Position numbers and translations under genes: made by a program. A DNA stretch of 54,259 nt from Dehalococcoidia bacterium (GTDB lineage: Bacteria; Chloroflexota; Dehalococcoidia; Lucifugimonadales; UBA3495). The stretch covers positions 1 to 54,259 of the forward strand of contig JASLXV010000006.1 of the NCBI GenBank assembly GCA_030740155.1. Reading direction: 5' to 3'. Below the pieces are notes generated by a model. That model was not told the origin of the DNA and ran no database searches. It worked only from the letters and a program-made list of their open reading frames with translations. Of this stretch, positions 27,381 to 37,534 are shown piece by piece (the stretch's first letter is position 1; every line of letters starts with the position of its first letter).

Positions 27381-27881
27381 ATGACAAAGCCGTCACGCAT
27401 CCTCCAGGCGCTGATCCGCCTGTTCTCCTCGGCCCGATACGTGGTGAACGGCGACAGCATGCTGCCGTCTCTGTCGAGCGGTGAGTCGGTGTTGGCGGTG
27501 CGGCTTCGGCTCCCGGGGGGCCGGGTGCGCCGGGGTGACGTCGTGGTGCTCCGGAACCCGGCCGGGACCGGCCGCTTCTACATCAAGCGGATCATCGGCC
27601 TCCCCGGCGAGGACATCCGGCTTGAGGGCGGCCTGGTATACGTCAACGAAGTCCCAGTGGAAGAGACCTATCTGAACCGGGGGACCGCGGCACCCAAGGG
27701 GGATCGGCGGGAGTGGTGGACTGGGCCGGAGGAGTACGTCGTTCTGGGCGACAACCGCAACGACAGCCAGGACAGCCGCGCCTTCGGTCCGGTCAACCGG
27801 CATGTCATCCTGGGCAGGGTCTGGTTCCGTTGCTGGCCACTCTGGGTCTGGGGGTGGTTCCCCGGCGAAGAACCGGGCTGA
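27381..27881 (+). CDS. lepB: Signal peptidase I (S26 family)
   Basis: GDSMLPSL (Ser), RGDVVV, YIKRIIGLPGE (Lys) and LGDNRNDSQDSRAFG. The start codon is uncertain. Confidence 0.85.
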   Translation: MTKPSRILQALIRLFSSARYVVNGDSMLPSLSSGESVLAVRLRLPGGRVRRGDVVVLRNPAGTGRFYIKRIIGLPGEDIRLEGGLVYVNEVPVEETYLNRGTAAPKGDRREWWTGPEEYVVLGDNRNDSQDSRAFGPVNRHVILGRVWFRCWPLWVWGWFPGEEPG

Positions 27882-27991
27882 ACCCGCCCGTCCCGCGATT
27901 TAACGAGGTCTAGGGACCCGAACCGGCCGGTTTGACCATTTCGCAGTCCCCGGAGACGGTCTGGGCAGGATTCAGGCGGCTGGAGCCGGGA

Positions 27992-28261
27992 TCACATCTT
28001 CCAGAAGTTGCCAACCTGGCAGATAATATCCACCCGGTGAATGGAAGCGGCGGGCCACCCCGCCAGGTTGATCCAGTCCTCGAAGTGGGACTGCTCCGCA
28101 GCTTCGCACTCCGACACCATGGTGCCGCTTTTGAAATCAGCGTACACCTTGAGGATCGTGGTGCGGCGGTCGGGGCGCCATTTGGCGACGCCGCCCAGCT
28201 TCTCCCGGAATTGCTCTTCCGTGACACCGGATACATTGTGAATCGCGATAAATCGGGCCAT
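27992..28261 (-). CDS. Small DUF4242-like protein
   Basis: 89 aa: MARFIAIH, a central beta hairpin, ECEAA and GWPAASIHRV. GAGGT RBS. Confidence 0.65.
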   Translation of the reverse strand: MARFIAIHNVSGVTEEQFREKLGGVAKWRPDRRTTILKVYADFKSGTMVSECEAAEQSHFEDWINLAGWPAASIHRVDIICQVGNFWKM

Positions 28262-28470
28262 TTCGTTCGTCTACCTCTTAATGAGCATCTGGCCGTCAGC
28301 GTTGGTCTATCCGCGAGGAGGTCTCGGGCCACTCACACCGGAGGGAACCGGGGACCGTGGGCGACGGTTCATGCCGTTCGTGTCAAATGGTATGGCTGAT
28401 TGCTGACGGCGGGCTGCGAGCCGCGCACCCGGGCCCCGTTTCCCAGCAAGCCCTGGGCGAGAGCCCTCCC

Positions 28471-29031
28471 CTAATCGGCCGGAGGCACAAACGGGTAGGG
28501 GATTTCCGGTCCGTCCCTCAGGGGAAGTGCCACGGTGGCGGTGCCGGGCATGCTTTCGATGCCGTCCTGGGTCTTCATTCCGATCTCCAGGTCGATGAGG
28601 CCGATGCCGCCTTTAACCTGCTTGCCGGTTACTTTGCCCCACATGATCACGACGTCGCCCGGCACCAGCATTGCCCGGTGCTCGAAGCGGGCCTTCCAGG
28701 GCCAACCTCCGGGAAGCGTCCAATCCTTGAGGAACTGGGGCACCACACTCTGCTTCCAGGAGCCGTGGATCAGAATGCTGGGGTTCTTGTCGTGGTTCAT
28801 GCCGAAGTCCAGATCGTAGTGGATCCGGTGAAAGTTCTCAATCGCCGCGCTCCACCGGAACAGGTGGGTGGGCGTGGGATTGTAGATGTACTTGGGTAGC
28901 TCCATCCCCTCATGCACGTCTTCATAGTAGAGCTGCTGCTTGGTGCGCAACTCGTCCCCGGTCGGCCTGTCGTTGTGCGTCAGGATTTCCTGGGGGGACA
29001 TCTTCAGTAGTTCATCCAGCGGAGCGCTCAT
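28471..29031 (-). CDS. MaoC-like (hot-dog fold) dehydratase subunit
   Basis: YEDV.EG.ELP, SAAIENFHRIHYD, IHGSW and G.V..K. Confidence 0.85.
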   Translation of the reverse strand: MSAPLDELLKMSPQEILTHNDRPTGDELRTKQQLYYEDVHEGMELPKYIYNPTPTHLFRWSAAIENFHRIHYDLDFGMNHDKNPSILIHGSWKQSVVPQFLKDWTLPGGWPWKARFEHRAMLVPGDVVIMWGKVTGKQVKGGIGLIDLEIGMKTQDGIESMPGTATVALPLRDGPEIPYPFVPPAD

Positions 29032-29085
29032 TGGTGCCACCTCACTTTCATAGGGAGTGTCTCTCGGACGTCACGGGTGGGGGGC

Positions 29086-29637
29086 TTAGCGACGGATACT
29101 CGAGGACCGGTTGATGCAGAGTATCTCGCCGTTCTGGTTCTTGTAGGTTGTCTCGGTGGTGACGATCAGGAAGGACTGGCCTTCCCGGCCCACCCGTTCT
29201 CGAATATCCGCGTATCTGTTCTGGAAGAATATCTTGTCGCCAAGGCTGGGATAACTGCGGATTTCAAGCTCGTTCCCCGCGTTGAGCACTCGCACCAGGG
29301 GAGTGGGGACGGCGGGCAGGGCCCCGGTTTTGGCCACCCGGCCGATGCCGTCGGACTCGGGGTCATCGATAAAAGCCTGGGTTATCGGATCGCCTTTGCC
29401 CGGCGCGATGCGGGTGGCCATGTAGCTGACCATGATCGGCGGAGTAATTAGCTCGCCGTACCTGGTGGTCTTGGCGAAATCCTCGTCCCAGTATCTGGGA
29501 TCCGGATCCATGACCGCCTGGGTGAACCTACGGAGGTACTCTTCGTTAACCACTCCCCAGGCCTCGACTATTTCTCCGCTGACCCCGATCATCGCTTTCA
29601 CTTCGGGAGTTAGCGCGGATTGGGTCTCTTGAGTCAT
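29086..29637 (-). CDS. MaoC/FAS1-like dehydratase N-terminal-type subunit
   Basis: LRRFTQAV.DPDPRYWDE.FA..TRYG...PP, LNAGNE and YKNQNGE. GGAGGG RBS. Confidence 0.85.
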   Translation of the reverse strand: MTQETQSALTPEVKAMIGVSGEIVEAWGVVNEEYLRRFTQAVMDPDPRYWDEDFAKTTRYGELITPPIMVSYMATRIAPGKGDPITQAFIDDPESDGIGRVAKTGALPAVPTPLVRVLNAGNELEIRSYPSLGDKIFFQNRYADIRERVGREGQSFLIVTTETTYKNQNGEILCINRSSSIRR

Positions 29638-29876
29638 ACTCTAACCCTCCTGGACGGACTTGACGCCATACAGACTACTCCAGTCCCTTTTGGTTAGTCA
29701 ATAAGCCGCGGCCCTCGGTCACCCTCCCGGACGCACTTCGCCGCGGGAGAGGCATCTCCCCGAATTTGTCTTCCCGTCTCGGTGTCTCCTTGCCGGGAAA
29801 CTGGGGCAGCGGCGGTGACCCAGAGGCACTGGGACCATTCCTTGAGATTTTCGGTTGCCTGCGCTACCATCGCCCT

Positions 29877-30518
29877 ATGACGCGCTGGGTGTTCCTCCTG
29901 GTTCTGGGGATTGCCGTGGCCTGCGGCGGAACCGCCCCCGGCGACGCCGATGGGTCTCCTCCGGCGGCGGCCACGCCAAGCCCTTCCGCGACGATTCCCA
30001 CGCCTGCTCCGGCAGCTACCAGCTTTCCAACGGCGAGCCCCTTCCCTGCTCAGGCAAGCACCACCGGGGTCGCCCCAGTAGTGGAGGCCACCCCAACCGG
30101 CGCTCCGGAGACCCCTCGGCAGCCTGGAATCAAAGTGGGTACGGCCACTTTCGAAGTGGAGCCGGCCATCACCGGCGCCCAGCGTACTCAAGGACTGTCG
30201 GGCAGCCCGCCGCTAACTCCCGGCAGCGGAATGTTGTTCATCTTCGAGCGGGAGAGCAAGTACACCTTCTGGATGATCGACATGCTATTCTCCCTGGACA
30301 TGGTTTGGATCGGCGCCGGGTGCACCGTCGTCGACATCACCTTCAATGCGCCGCCGCCGGAGCCTGGCCAAACCCCGGACCAGTTGCCCCGGTTCTCCCC
30401 GGGGGCGCCGGCCCGGTACGTCCTGGAAATCAACGCGGGAGAGGCAGATTCGGCGGGAATCGAACCCGGAGACCCGGTGCGGTTCACCGGCGATCTGGCG
30501 GGCCGGCACGGCTGTTGA
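29877..30518 (+). CDS. DUF192 family lipoprotein
   Basis: Lipobox AVAC, Pro/Thr linker, R.QGLSG, GMLFIF, FWMIDMLFSLDMVWI and YVLEINAG. Confidence 0.88.
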   Translation: MTRWVFLLVLGIAVACGGTAPGDADGSPPAAATPSPSATIPTPAPAATSFPTASPFPAQASTTGVAPVVEATPTGAPETPRQPGIKVGTATFEVEPAITGAQRTQGLSGSPPLTPGSGMLFIFERESKYTFWMIDMLFSLDMVWIGAGCTVVDITFNAPPPEPGQTPDQLPRFSPGAPARYVLEINAGEADSAGIEPGDPVRFTGDLAGRHGC

Positions 30519-30639
30519 CGGCCCGCCGGACGTTGCGCCCCGCCGCCGGCCGGGTTACAGTGAAGCCGGTGGGGTGGCGCCTGTCCTTGGCCGGTGGTCA
30601 ACGGGCCGGCGCCCCAATTAGGAAGAAGGGTTGTTATTG

Positions 30640-31581
30640 ATGAGTATCTTGGTTTCTGGCTCCATGGCCTACGACCGGATCATGGACTTTCCTGGCCGGT
30701 TTTCCGATTCTATTCTTCCGGACAAGATTCACCTGCTCAACGTGAGTTTTACGGTGAGCGGTCTGACGGAGAGGTTCGGCGGCACCGCGGGCAACATCGC
30801 CTACGCGCTGGCCCTATTGGGGGAGCGGCCCCGGATCCTGTCCACCGTCGGACCCGATCACCAGCAGTATTTCCAATGGTTGGAACAGCACGGTATTGCC
30901 ACCAGGGATATCCGGGTAATACCGGAGGAGTTCACCGCCTCCGCCTACATCACCACCGACAGGGACCACAACCAGATCACGAGCTTCAATCCGGGCGCGA
31001 TGAAACACGTTTCATCCTGCGATCTCACCGAGATCGACCCCGCGAAATCCATCGCGATAGTGGCCCCGGGTAACCTGGAGGACATGGCGGTCTATTCCCA
31101 GGCATACCACGAGCGCGGTATCTTCTCCATCTTCGATCCCGGCCAATCGCTGCCCGCATGGCAGGGCGACGACCTGGCCCGGAGCATCCAACAATCCAGG
31201 ATGCTCGTCTCCAACGACTACGAACTGGAGTTGATCAAAGACAAAACCGGTCTATCGGCCGGCCAACTCCTTGAAGGCGTGGATACCATCGTCACCACCA
31301 AGGCCGAGCGCGGCTGTGAGGTGCTTACTCAGAAGGGCGCGGTCCAGATACCCTCCGTGCCGACCGGTAAGGTGGCCGACCCCACCGGGGCGGGCGACGC
31401 CTTTCGCGGTGGCTTGATCAAAGGGCTGATCCAAGGCTACTCGGTGGAGTGGGCCGCGAAGATGGGAACGGTGTGCGCCCACTTCGCGGTCCAGGCCCAC
31501 GGCACCCAGGAATACAGCTTCACTCCGTTGGAGTTCCAGGCGATGCTGGAGGGCCATTTCAGCCCCAATTCGGGACAATAA
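30640..31581 (+). CDS. PfkB family carbohydrate/nucleoside kinase (adenosine kinase-like)
   Basis: SGSMAYDRIMDFPG.F, GGTAGNIAY, FDPGQ, NDYE and DPTGAGDAFRGG. Confidence 0.93.
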   Translation: MSILVSGSMAYDRIMDFPGRFSDSILPDKIHLLNVSFTVSGLTERFGGTAGNIAYALALLGERPRILSTVGPDHQQYFQWLEQHGIATRDIRVIPEEFTASAYITTDRDHNQITSFNPGAMKHVSSCDLTEIDPAKSIAIVAPGNLEDMAVYSQAYHERGIFSIFDPGQSLPAWQGDDLARSIQQSRMLVSNDYELELIKDKTGLSAGQLLEGVDTIVTTKAERGCEVLTQKGAVQIPSVPTGKVADPTGAGDAFRGGLIKGLIQGYSVEWAAKMGTVCAHFAVQAHGTQEYSFTPLEFQAMLEGHFSPNSGQ

Positions 31582-31793
31582 GGGCCGGTCCGACAGCTTC
31601 CGGACATTTGCCATGCCTGGCGGATTCCGCTACAATCCCTCTGGCTCGAGGCTCGGTGGACCGGCGGCGCGAGGCGCCGGTCCCGCAATTGCGGCCCAAG
31701 CCTGAGGTCCAGGCATTGCCTCCCCACGGATCGAACTGCTCGGAAAGGAGACACGGACCCAAAGTGGTTGTTGAAGAAGGGTTTCCGGCCGCG

Positions 31794-32987
31794 ATGTCCG
31801 TCGGCGCGTTGGACGGGGTCAAGGTGCTGGACTTGAGCGAGGACATCGCCGGGTCCTTCTGTGCCCGCCTGCTGGCCGATTACGGTGCCGACGTGCTGAA
31901 GCTCGAACCTCCCGGCGGGGCCGGCCTGCGCCGGATGGGCCCCTTTTACCATGACGACCCTCATCCCGAAAAAAGCCTCCTCTTTCTGGTGCTGAACCTC
32001 AACAAGAAGGGCGCCACCCTTAACCTCGAGACCACCACCGGCCAGGCCATCTTGAAGAAACTAGTGCCGCAGATCGATGTCATCATCGAATCCTTCCGGC
32101 CAGGCTATCTGCCGTCCCTCGGGCTTGGCTACGAAGACCTGGCGCTACTCAACCCCGGGCTGATAATGACCTCCATCACTCCCTTCGGCCAGGACGGCCC
32201 CTACAGCCAGTTCCAGGGCGAGGAGATAGTCAGCTACGCCATGGGCGTAATAATGAGCATTAGCGGCTTTCAGGGCCGGGAGCCGTTGAAGCACGGTGGC
32301 TTCCAAGCCCAGTACGACGCCGGGCTAAACGCGGCCGCCGCCACCGCCATGGGCGTGTTCATGCAAGAGAATACCGGGGTGGGTCAGCAGATCGACGTGT
32401 CCGTGACCGAGTGTGTGGCATCCAGCATGATCGCCCCTCAGTCCATGTACCCCTTCATGGGTGGCATCTCGGCCCGCCGTCGCCAAGGGGGCGGCAATTT
32501 CCAACACCCGATGCCCTGCGCCGATGGCTGGATCATCGTCCAGATCGGAGCCGGCCGCACCTGGATGGACGTCGCCGCCTTCTTCGGGTCGTCGGAGATG
32601 GAGGACCCCAAGTTCTCGGACGCGAACTGGCGAGACCAGAACGGCAAGGAAGTGGACCGGGTCGTCCTGAACACAATCAAGGACCGGAGCAAGTGGGACC
32701 TTTTCACCAAGGCAGGCGAGGCCCGAGTGCTCTTCGGCATCGTACAGACCCCGTCGGAGCTGGCGGAATGCCCCCAATTGAAGTCCCGCAACTTCTTTCG
32801 GGAGGTTGACCACCCGGTGATCGGCAAGATCAAGGTCCCGGCGGTGCTGTTCAACCTCAGCCTGACGCCCTACGCCCTGCGTTGGTGCACACCCACCGTG
32901 GGGCAGCACAACCAGGAAATCTACGTCGACGGCCTGGGCTACTCCCAACAGGAAATGTGCCAGCTCCGCCAGTTGAACGTAATTTAG
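31794..32987 (+). CDS. Family III (CaiB/BaiF) CoA-transferase subunit
   Basis: LDGVKVLDL, LLADYGADVLKLEPP, NLNKKG.TLNL, SITPFGQDGP and P.VGQHN. Confidence 0.92.
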   Translation: MSVGALDGVKVLDLSEDIAGSFCARLLADYGADVLKLEPPGGAGLRRMGPFYHDDPHPEKSLLFLVLNLNKKGATLNLETTTGQAILKKLVPQIDVIIESFRPGYLPSLGLGYEDLALLNPGLIMTSITPFGQDGPYSQFQGEEIVSYAMGVIMSISGFQGREPLKHGGFQAQYDAGLNAAAATAMGVFMQENTGVGQQIDVSVTECVASSMIAPQSMYPFMGGISARRRQGGGNFQHPMPCADGWIIVQIGAGRTWMDVAAFFGSSEMEDPKFSDANWRDQNGKEVDRVVLNTIKDRSKWDLFTKAGEARVLFGIVQTPSELAECPQLKSRNFFREVDHPVIGKIKVPAVLFNLSLTPYALRWCTPTVGQHNQEIYVDGLGYSQQEMCQLRQLNVI

Positions 32988-33045
32988 GTTTACCCACTGA
33001 TCGTTGTATTGACAGCTAATCTCAAGCCAAGGCGTTGAGGGTGAA

Positions 33046-33094
33046 ATAATCCCCCTCGGTCCCCTTTTCATAGAGTGGGACGCAGGGGGATTTG
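33046..33094. repeat. Intergenic palindrome (REP-like)
   Basis: AATCCCCCT.G.TCCC...GGGACGCAGGGGGATT inverted repeat between the two CoA-transferase genes. Confidence 0.45.
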
Positions 33095-33251
33095 CTCGGA
33101 GCAAGGTTTGCTGTATTGGAGTTCAAGAGGTTGCACATAGGTCGGCGGCAGTAGCCCGCCGAGGTAGTTTCAAGAGTCTCTGTCCCATCTCGGCGCTCTC
33201 CGCGGTCTCCGCGGTTAGGAAGTTCTTAGATCAAAGGTGATGAGGTACCCC

Positions 33252-34610
33252 GTGACGTCCCACTTGCCGCTCGAAGGAATCCGCATTATAGACTCAACCT
33301 ACGTGTTCGCCCTGCCCTACGCCGCCGCCCTTCTGGCCGACCTGGGCGCCGAGGTTATCAAGATTGAAGGGCCAAGCCGCCACGATGTCACCCGCACCGG
33401 GGGCTACGCCGGCATGTTCCCCGAAGGGAAACATGGCGAGGATTGGTGGAACCGCCCATCTACTTATAACCTGCTCCACAGGGGCAAGAAATCTGTGGTC
33501 TTGGACCTGACCGACGAGCGGGGCCGGGACCTGTTCCGGGAGTTGGTCAGCATCAGCGACGTGATCATGGAGAACTTTACCCCTCGGGTGATGCGCTCTT
33601 GGGGGATGGATTACCCGAACCTTCGCAAGATCAAGCCGGATATCGTCATGGTGTCCAACACCGGCTACGGCCACGGCGGCGGACCGTACTCAGGGTTCCC
33701 CGCGCAGGCCACCACCCAGGAGGGAACCCACGGCCATTGCTGGTTCACCGGCTACGCCGGCGAGGCCCCATCCAAAGCGGGCGCTTCGTTTGTCGATTTC
33801 CTCTCAACCTGGACGGCGGTGTTCAGCATCGCCGCGGCGCTGCGCTATCGCAACCGAACCGGCCAGGGGCAGTGGGTGGACATCGGCATGTACCAGGCCG
33901 GCGTGATGTTCGCCTCCGAGTACATACTTGACGGAGTGGTCAACGGCCGGGACGGCGGCCGTATCGGCAACCGGCACCCCTACCGGGCTCCCCAGGGCTG
34001 CTACCCGGCCCAGGGAGAGGACCGCTGGATTGCCCTGTCGGTGGGCACCGACGAGCAGTGGCAGTCGCTGTGCCGGCTCATGGACCGGGGGGACCTGGCC
34101 GCCGATCCCCGCTATGCCGATCTCTTATCCCGCCAGCGCCACCATGACGAATTGGACCAGGCCATCGGCGCCTGGACGTGCGGCTCCGATAGGTACGATC
34201 TGATGCACCTCCTCCAGGGCGAGGGAATCCCCGCGGGGCCGGTCCTAAATGGAATGGACCTGCATTACGACCCGCACTACAAGAGCAGGAACTTCCTGGA
34301 GCGGGCCACCTATCCGCCGGAGCGAGACATCGGCACCCGGCTCTTCATTGGCCGTCCCTACAAGTTCTCGCGAAGCCCGGTCAAGATCCAGGGCCCCGCG
34401 CCTGCCTTCGGACAGCACAACCAAACCACGCTCCGAGACCTTCTCGGAGTCGACGAGACGACATACCTGGCCCTGGTCCAGGACTCGGTGGTGGCCGAAG
34501 TGCCGCAAAAAGGCGACCCTTCCAACAAACTCCCTCCGGAGCAGATGGTGGAGGAGGGACTGCTGGCCGGATGGGACCCGGAGTACCGGGAAAGGCTGGG
34601 AATCCTTTAG
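33252..34610 (+). CDS. Family III (CaiB/BaiF) CoA-transferase subunit
   Basis: PLEGIRIID, LADLGAEVIKIE, RGKKSVVLDL, ENFTPRVM, FVDFLS (catalytic Asp region) and APAFGQHN. Confidence 0.93.
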   Translation: MTSHLPLEGIRIIDSTYVFALPYAAALLADLGAEVIKIEGPSRHDVTRTGGYAGMFPEGKHGEDWWNRPSTYNLLHRGKKSVVLDLTDERGRDLFRELVSISDVIMENFTPRVMRSWGMDYPNLRKIKPDIVMVSNTGYGHGGGPYSGFPAQATTQEGTHGHCWFTGYAGEAPSKAGASFVDFLSTWTAVFSIAAALRYRNRTGQGQWVDIGMYQAGVMFASEYILDGVVNGRDGGRIGNRHPYRAPQGCYPAQGEDRWIALSVGTDEQWQSLCRLMDRGDLAADPRYADLLSRQRHHDELDQAIGAWTCGSDRYDLMHLLQGEGIPAGPVLNGMDLHYDPHYKSRNFLERATYPPERDIGTRLFIGRPYKFSRSPVKIQGPAPAFGQHNQTTLRDLLGVDETTYLALVQDSVVAEVPQKGDPSNKLPPEQMVEEGLLAGWDPEYRERLGIL

Positions 34611-34772
34611 AGACACCCTCAGCCCCGTGCCCCGCCGGGAGCCGTGCCGCCGCCGGGAACCGGAGCACGGACCTCTTTTCGTTGGTTGGCAAAGTCCAGG
34701 ATAAAGATGCCCGGCGACGTTCGTTCCCTGGAAATCCCCGAATATACTGGGCCCAGGGTATCGCCGCCTTTC

Positions 34773-34802
34773 TTGACACCCGCCAACAGCCGGGAATAAG
34801 CT
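34773..34802 (+). promoter_or_regulatory. Promoter for the tRNA gene
   Basis: TTGACA-N18-TAAGCT ending 8 nt before the tRNA. Confidence 0.55.
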
Positions 34803-34810
34803 TCATTTGC

Positions 34811-34885
34811 GGGCCCGTAGCTCAGCGGCAGAGCAGTCGGCTCATAACCGACGGGTCGCAGGTTCGACACCTGCCGGGCCCACCA
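34811..34885 (+). tRNA. tRNA with CAT anticodon, probably tRNA-Ile2 (lysidine), alternatively elongator Met
   Basis: Complete cloverleaf: GGGCCCG/CGGGCCC acceptor stem, GTCGG-CTCATAA-CCGAC anticodon arm, GTTCGAC T-loop and encoded CCA. The paired 1:72 position argues against initiator tRNA. Confidence 0.93.
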
Positions 34886-35360
34886 AGATGGACCCAGCCC
34901 ATGCCGGTTCAATAACGGCGATAGCGGCGCTAACTATCAAGGGGCACATTCGCCCGCCGCTTCGGGCGGGCGAGCCGAGGGGAGGGAGATCTCTGGCGGT
35001 GGGAGTGCCCAGGGCTGTTCCCCAGTGTAATGACCCTAACTTGGTGAAACGTACTCTATTGGTTTTAATGCTCTGAGGGGGTACCCGGTTTTCGTGACGA
35101 AATACCGGGCACCATTCAAGTTTCAATATGGGACCGGGCAGCCCGGTCCCGTTGAGGAGATCCACCTTCTGCCGCTGGGGAGATCGCCGGTCTCATGGGG
35201 AAGCCCCACGGTCCCGGTGATGGGGCGGATGAGGCGGCGGCGCTGTGGTTGGATTCGCCCGGTTCCGGGAACCTCGCTGATTCCCGCGAGCATCAGGGCG
35301 AAGCCGGGCTTCCGACCCGGCGGAGCGCCGGACCCGAAGCGGGCGTCTATCCCGCGAACC

Positions 35361-35726
35361 TCACTCCTCCGTCCCGTTCAACCCTACCGCCATCTCATCG
35401 ACTACCCTTTCCACCATGGCCCGATAGCGCTCAGGCATCTCCGAGATGCGGCGATAAATCCGTCGCGCTGTATCGTACCGCCCATCCAGCGGGTCGACGT
35501 CGCCTTCTTCAAAGGCGAGGAACCACCGCATGGGTTTACCGTATCGTTCGCTCATGTGCGCCAGGTGATCCTTTGAAACGGTCCGCTGGTCGTGTTCCCA
35601 ACGATGGACCGTGACCCGTGAAACGCCAAGCAGTTCGGCGATCCCTTCCTGGCTGTAATTGGCGCTAGACCTGGCGTACTTGAGCCGAGCCCCCAAACCG
35701 GGGAAACCGATCTTCACACTGCGCAT
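35361..35726 (-). CDS. XRE-family helix-turn-helix transcriptional regulator
   Basis: LGARLKYAR....SQEGIAELLGVSRVTVHRWEHD. GGAG RBS. Confidence 0.88.
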   Translation of the reverse strand: MRSVKIGFPGLGARLKYARSSANYSQEGIAELLGVSRVTVHRWEHDQRTVSKDHLAHMSERYGKPMRWFLAFEEGDVDPLDGRYDTARRIYRRISEMPERYRAMVERVVDEMAVGLNGTEE

Positions 35727-36460
35727 ATTGCTCCGTTGGAGAGCACGATCGACGTGCAGGGGGAGTTTGGAGAATCCAACATGTCTCGATGGTGATATGA
35801 AGTTGAATATATCTTCATTATGGAATCTGCCATCCGGGTTTTTCAGATCGCAACAACCGCTCTTCGCTCAGACCAGCTACATTTTCGAGACAGGACCGCA
35901 GCCGACGTGTCCGGTTCTCGGGCATTGCATCCACCCTAGCTAGCTTCATAATGACACGCTACGAAGCTCCGGTAACTTTGGCCCACCCCAACCGGACCCA
36001 GATTCGGACAGTTCCGCATAGCATAAATCAGGAAGGGCGAAACACACACCCTCCAACCCGGTAGCAATTGCCCCCTGCTGTCACCGGGGCAGTTACTCAA
36101 TCGACCCATAGCGGCCGGATGCTACCTGCGGCCTCCTTCGGCTGGATAGACAGTTGGCTAGCAACTGATGATCGGCGCACTCACCTACCAATACGAAATA
36201 GCGGTGTCATTGGTTTCTCTAGCTGCGGGAATCAACCGGCACAATGCAAGAACCCGATGTTGCACTCTCCCGGCGCACTCCACGCTATCCAGGGATAGCG
36301 ATAAAGCATTTAACCAATTAGGGCTATTTTGGCGGTGTTTGCGCGAAGTATATCCATTTCAGATGGATTATACATCGTCCAGGGCGCCACATCAACCAGA
36401 CTCTCCACGCACTCCACGCGATCCACGACTGAACCCATGAGGCCGCTTCCAGCTACTTTT

Positions 36461-37534
36461 TCAGGGGTTCGCCAACCGCGCTTTGCCCGAATCAATCGCG
36501 GGCGTGGGAGACGGGTTCACTCCATTAAGCAAGGCCAGGTAGTAGCTCACGTGGTCACCCAGCGAGAGCATTGCCATAACCTCCGCCAAAGGAGGGCCAT
36601 CGATCCCCCGCAGCACTTGACAGGAAATGTTGCCTTGCCCGAGCATTTCCAAAACGACCGGAAAGCGCTTTTGCAGGCCCTCCGGCCCCCCGCTGGGTTG
36701 CAGCAGCAGGGCAGCCACTTTGTCACCCATGCCGGGCACGGCGCGGAAAGCTTCCACCGAGTTGTGCAGCATCTCCGGAATGACTTCGAAGAACGCCCAC
36801 GCTTTGGCATTCTCGTTGAACTGGGTCTTCCAACGCCGGGCCACTCCGGAAAAAACACCGCCACCGTATACCGCGATGATCTTGGCCTCCAGCGCCAAGG
36901 CCAACTGTTTGGCCGGATTATCCCGAGTGAGGACCTTCCCTTCGAGCCGGGAAGCTTGCTGCCGCACTGCGTCGACCATGGCCTGAAGGTCCTGCTCCGT
37001 GGTTTTCATCAGACCGAGGCGATGGAGCGCGCCCAAAAGTAGCATGAGGATGTAACCCACCGCGCCGCGGGGTTCTCCCGGAATGTCCAGGCGAAGTAGC
37101 GGAATCCCGCGAGCGGTGGCGTCCTCCGCCAGCCATCCGCCGCCCGCAACCACCAGTACCCGGGCGTTGTCCCGGACCGCCTGCCGGTACAGAGACAGCG
37201 TCTCTTCGGTATTCCCCGAATAGCTGCATACGATGGCCAGGCTACGTTGGTCCACGTGGCAGGGCAGACGGAAGTCCCGGACCACCAAAACGGGGACCGT
37301 CTCTTGGGAAGATGCCAGATCCGCCACCAGGTCTCCGGCGATGGCGGAACCGCCCATCCCACAGATAACGACCTTATCGATCTGGGTCCAGCCCTCCGGA
37401 ATGTAGAGCGCTTTGGCTTGGCTCCAGGCGACTTCACAATGTCTGGGCAATTCCTGCATCCGCTCGAGTAGCCCGGTCGGGTCCAGCGAAGCATACAACC
37501 CCGGACTATCCAGGATGCGCATCGATTCCTCCAA
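36461..37534 (-). CDS. Bifunctional phosphoglucose/phosphomannose isomerase (SIS domain)
   Basis: GMGGSAIAGD, SYSGNTEETL, RRWKTQFNENAK, PEMLHN and SYYLALL.GV.P.P. Confidence 0.93.
   Translation of the reverse strand: MEESMRILDSPGLYASLDPTGLLERMQELPRHCEVAWSQAKALYIPEGWTQIDKVVICGMGGSAIAGDLVADLASSQETVPVLVVRDFRLPCHVDQRSLAIVCSYSGNTEETLSLYRQAVRDNARVLVVAGGGWLAEDATARGIPLLRLDIPGEPRGAVGYILMLLLGALHRLGLMKTTEQDLQAMVDAVRQQASRLEGKVLTRDNPAKQLALALEAKIIAVYGGGVFSGVARRWKTQFNENAKAWAFFEVIPEMLHNSVEAFRAVPGMGDKVAALLLQPSGGPEGLQKRFPVVLEMLGQGNISCQVLRGIDGPPLAEVMAMLSLGDHVSYYLALLNGVNPSPTPAIDSGKARLANP

Noticed and set aside
27381..27881. Nickel-SOD maturation protease SodX
   Set aside because: It has the LepB-type insertion (GLPGE...VYVNE...ETY), and no sodN is adjacent.
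31449..31793. N-terminal extension of the first CoA-transferase
   Set aside because: It overlaps the kinase gene and is not protein-like. Family homology starts at 31794.
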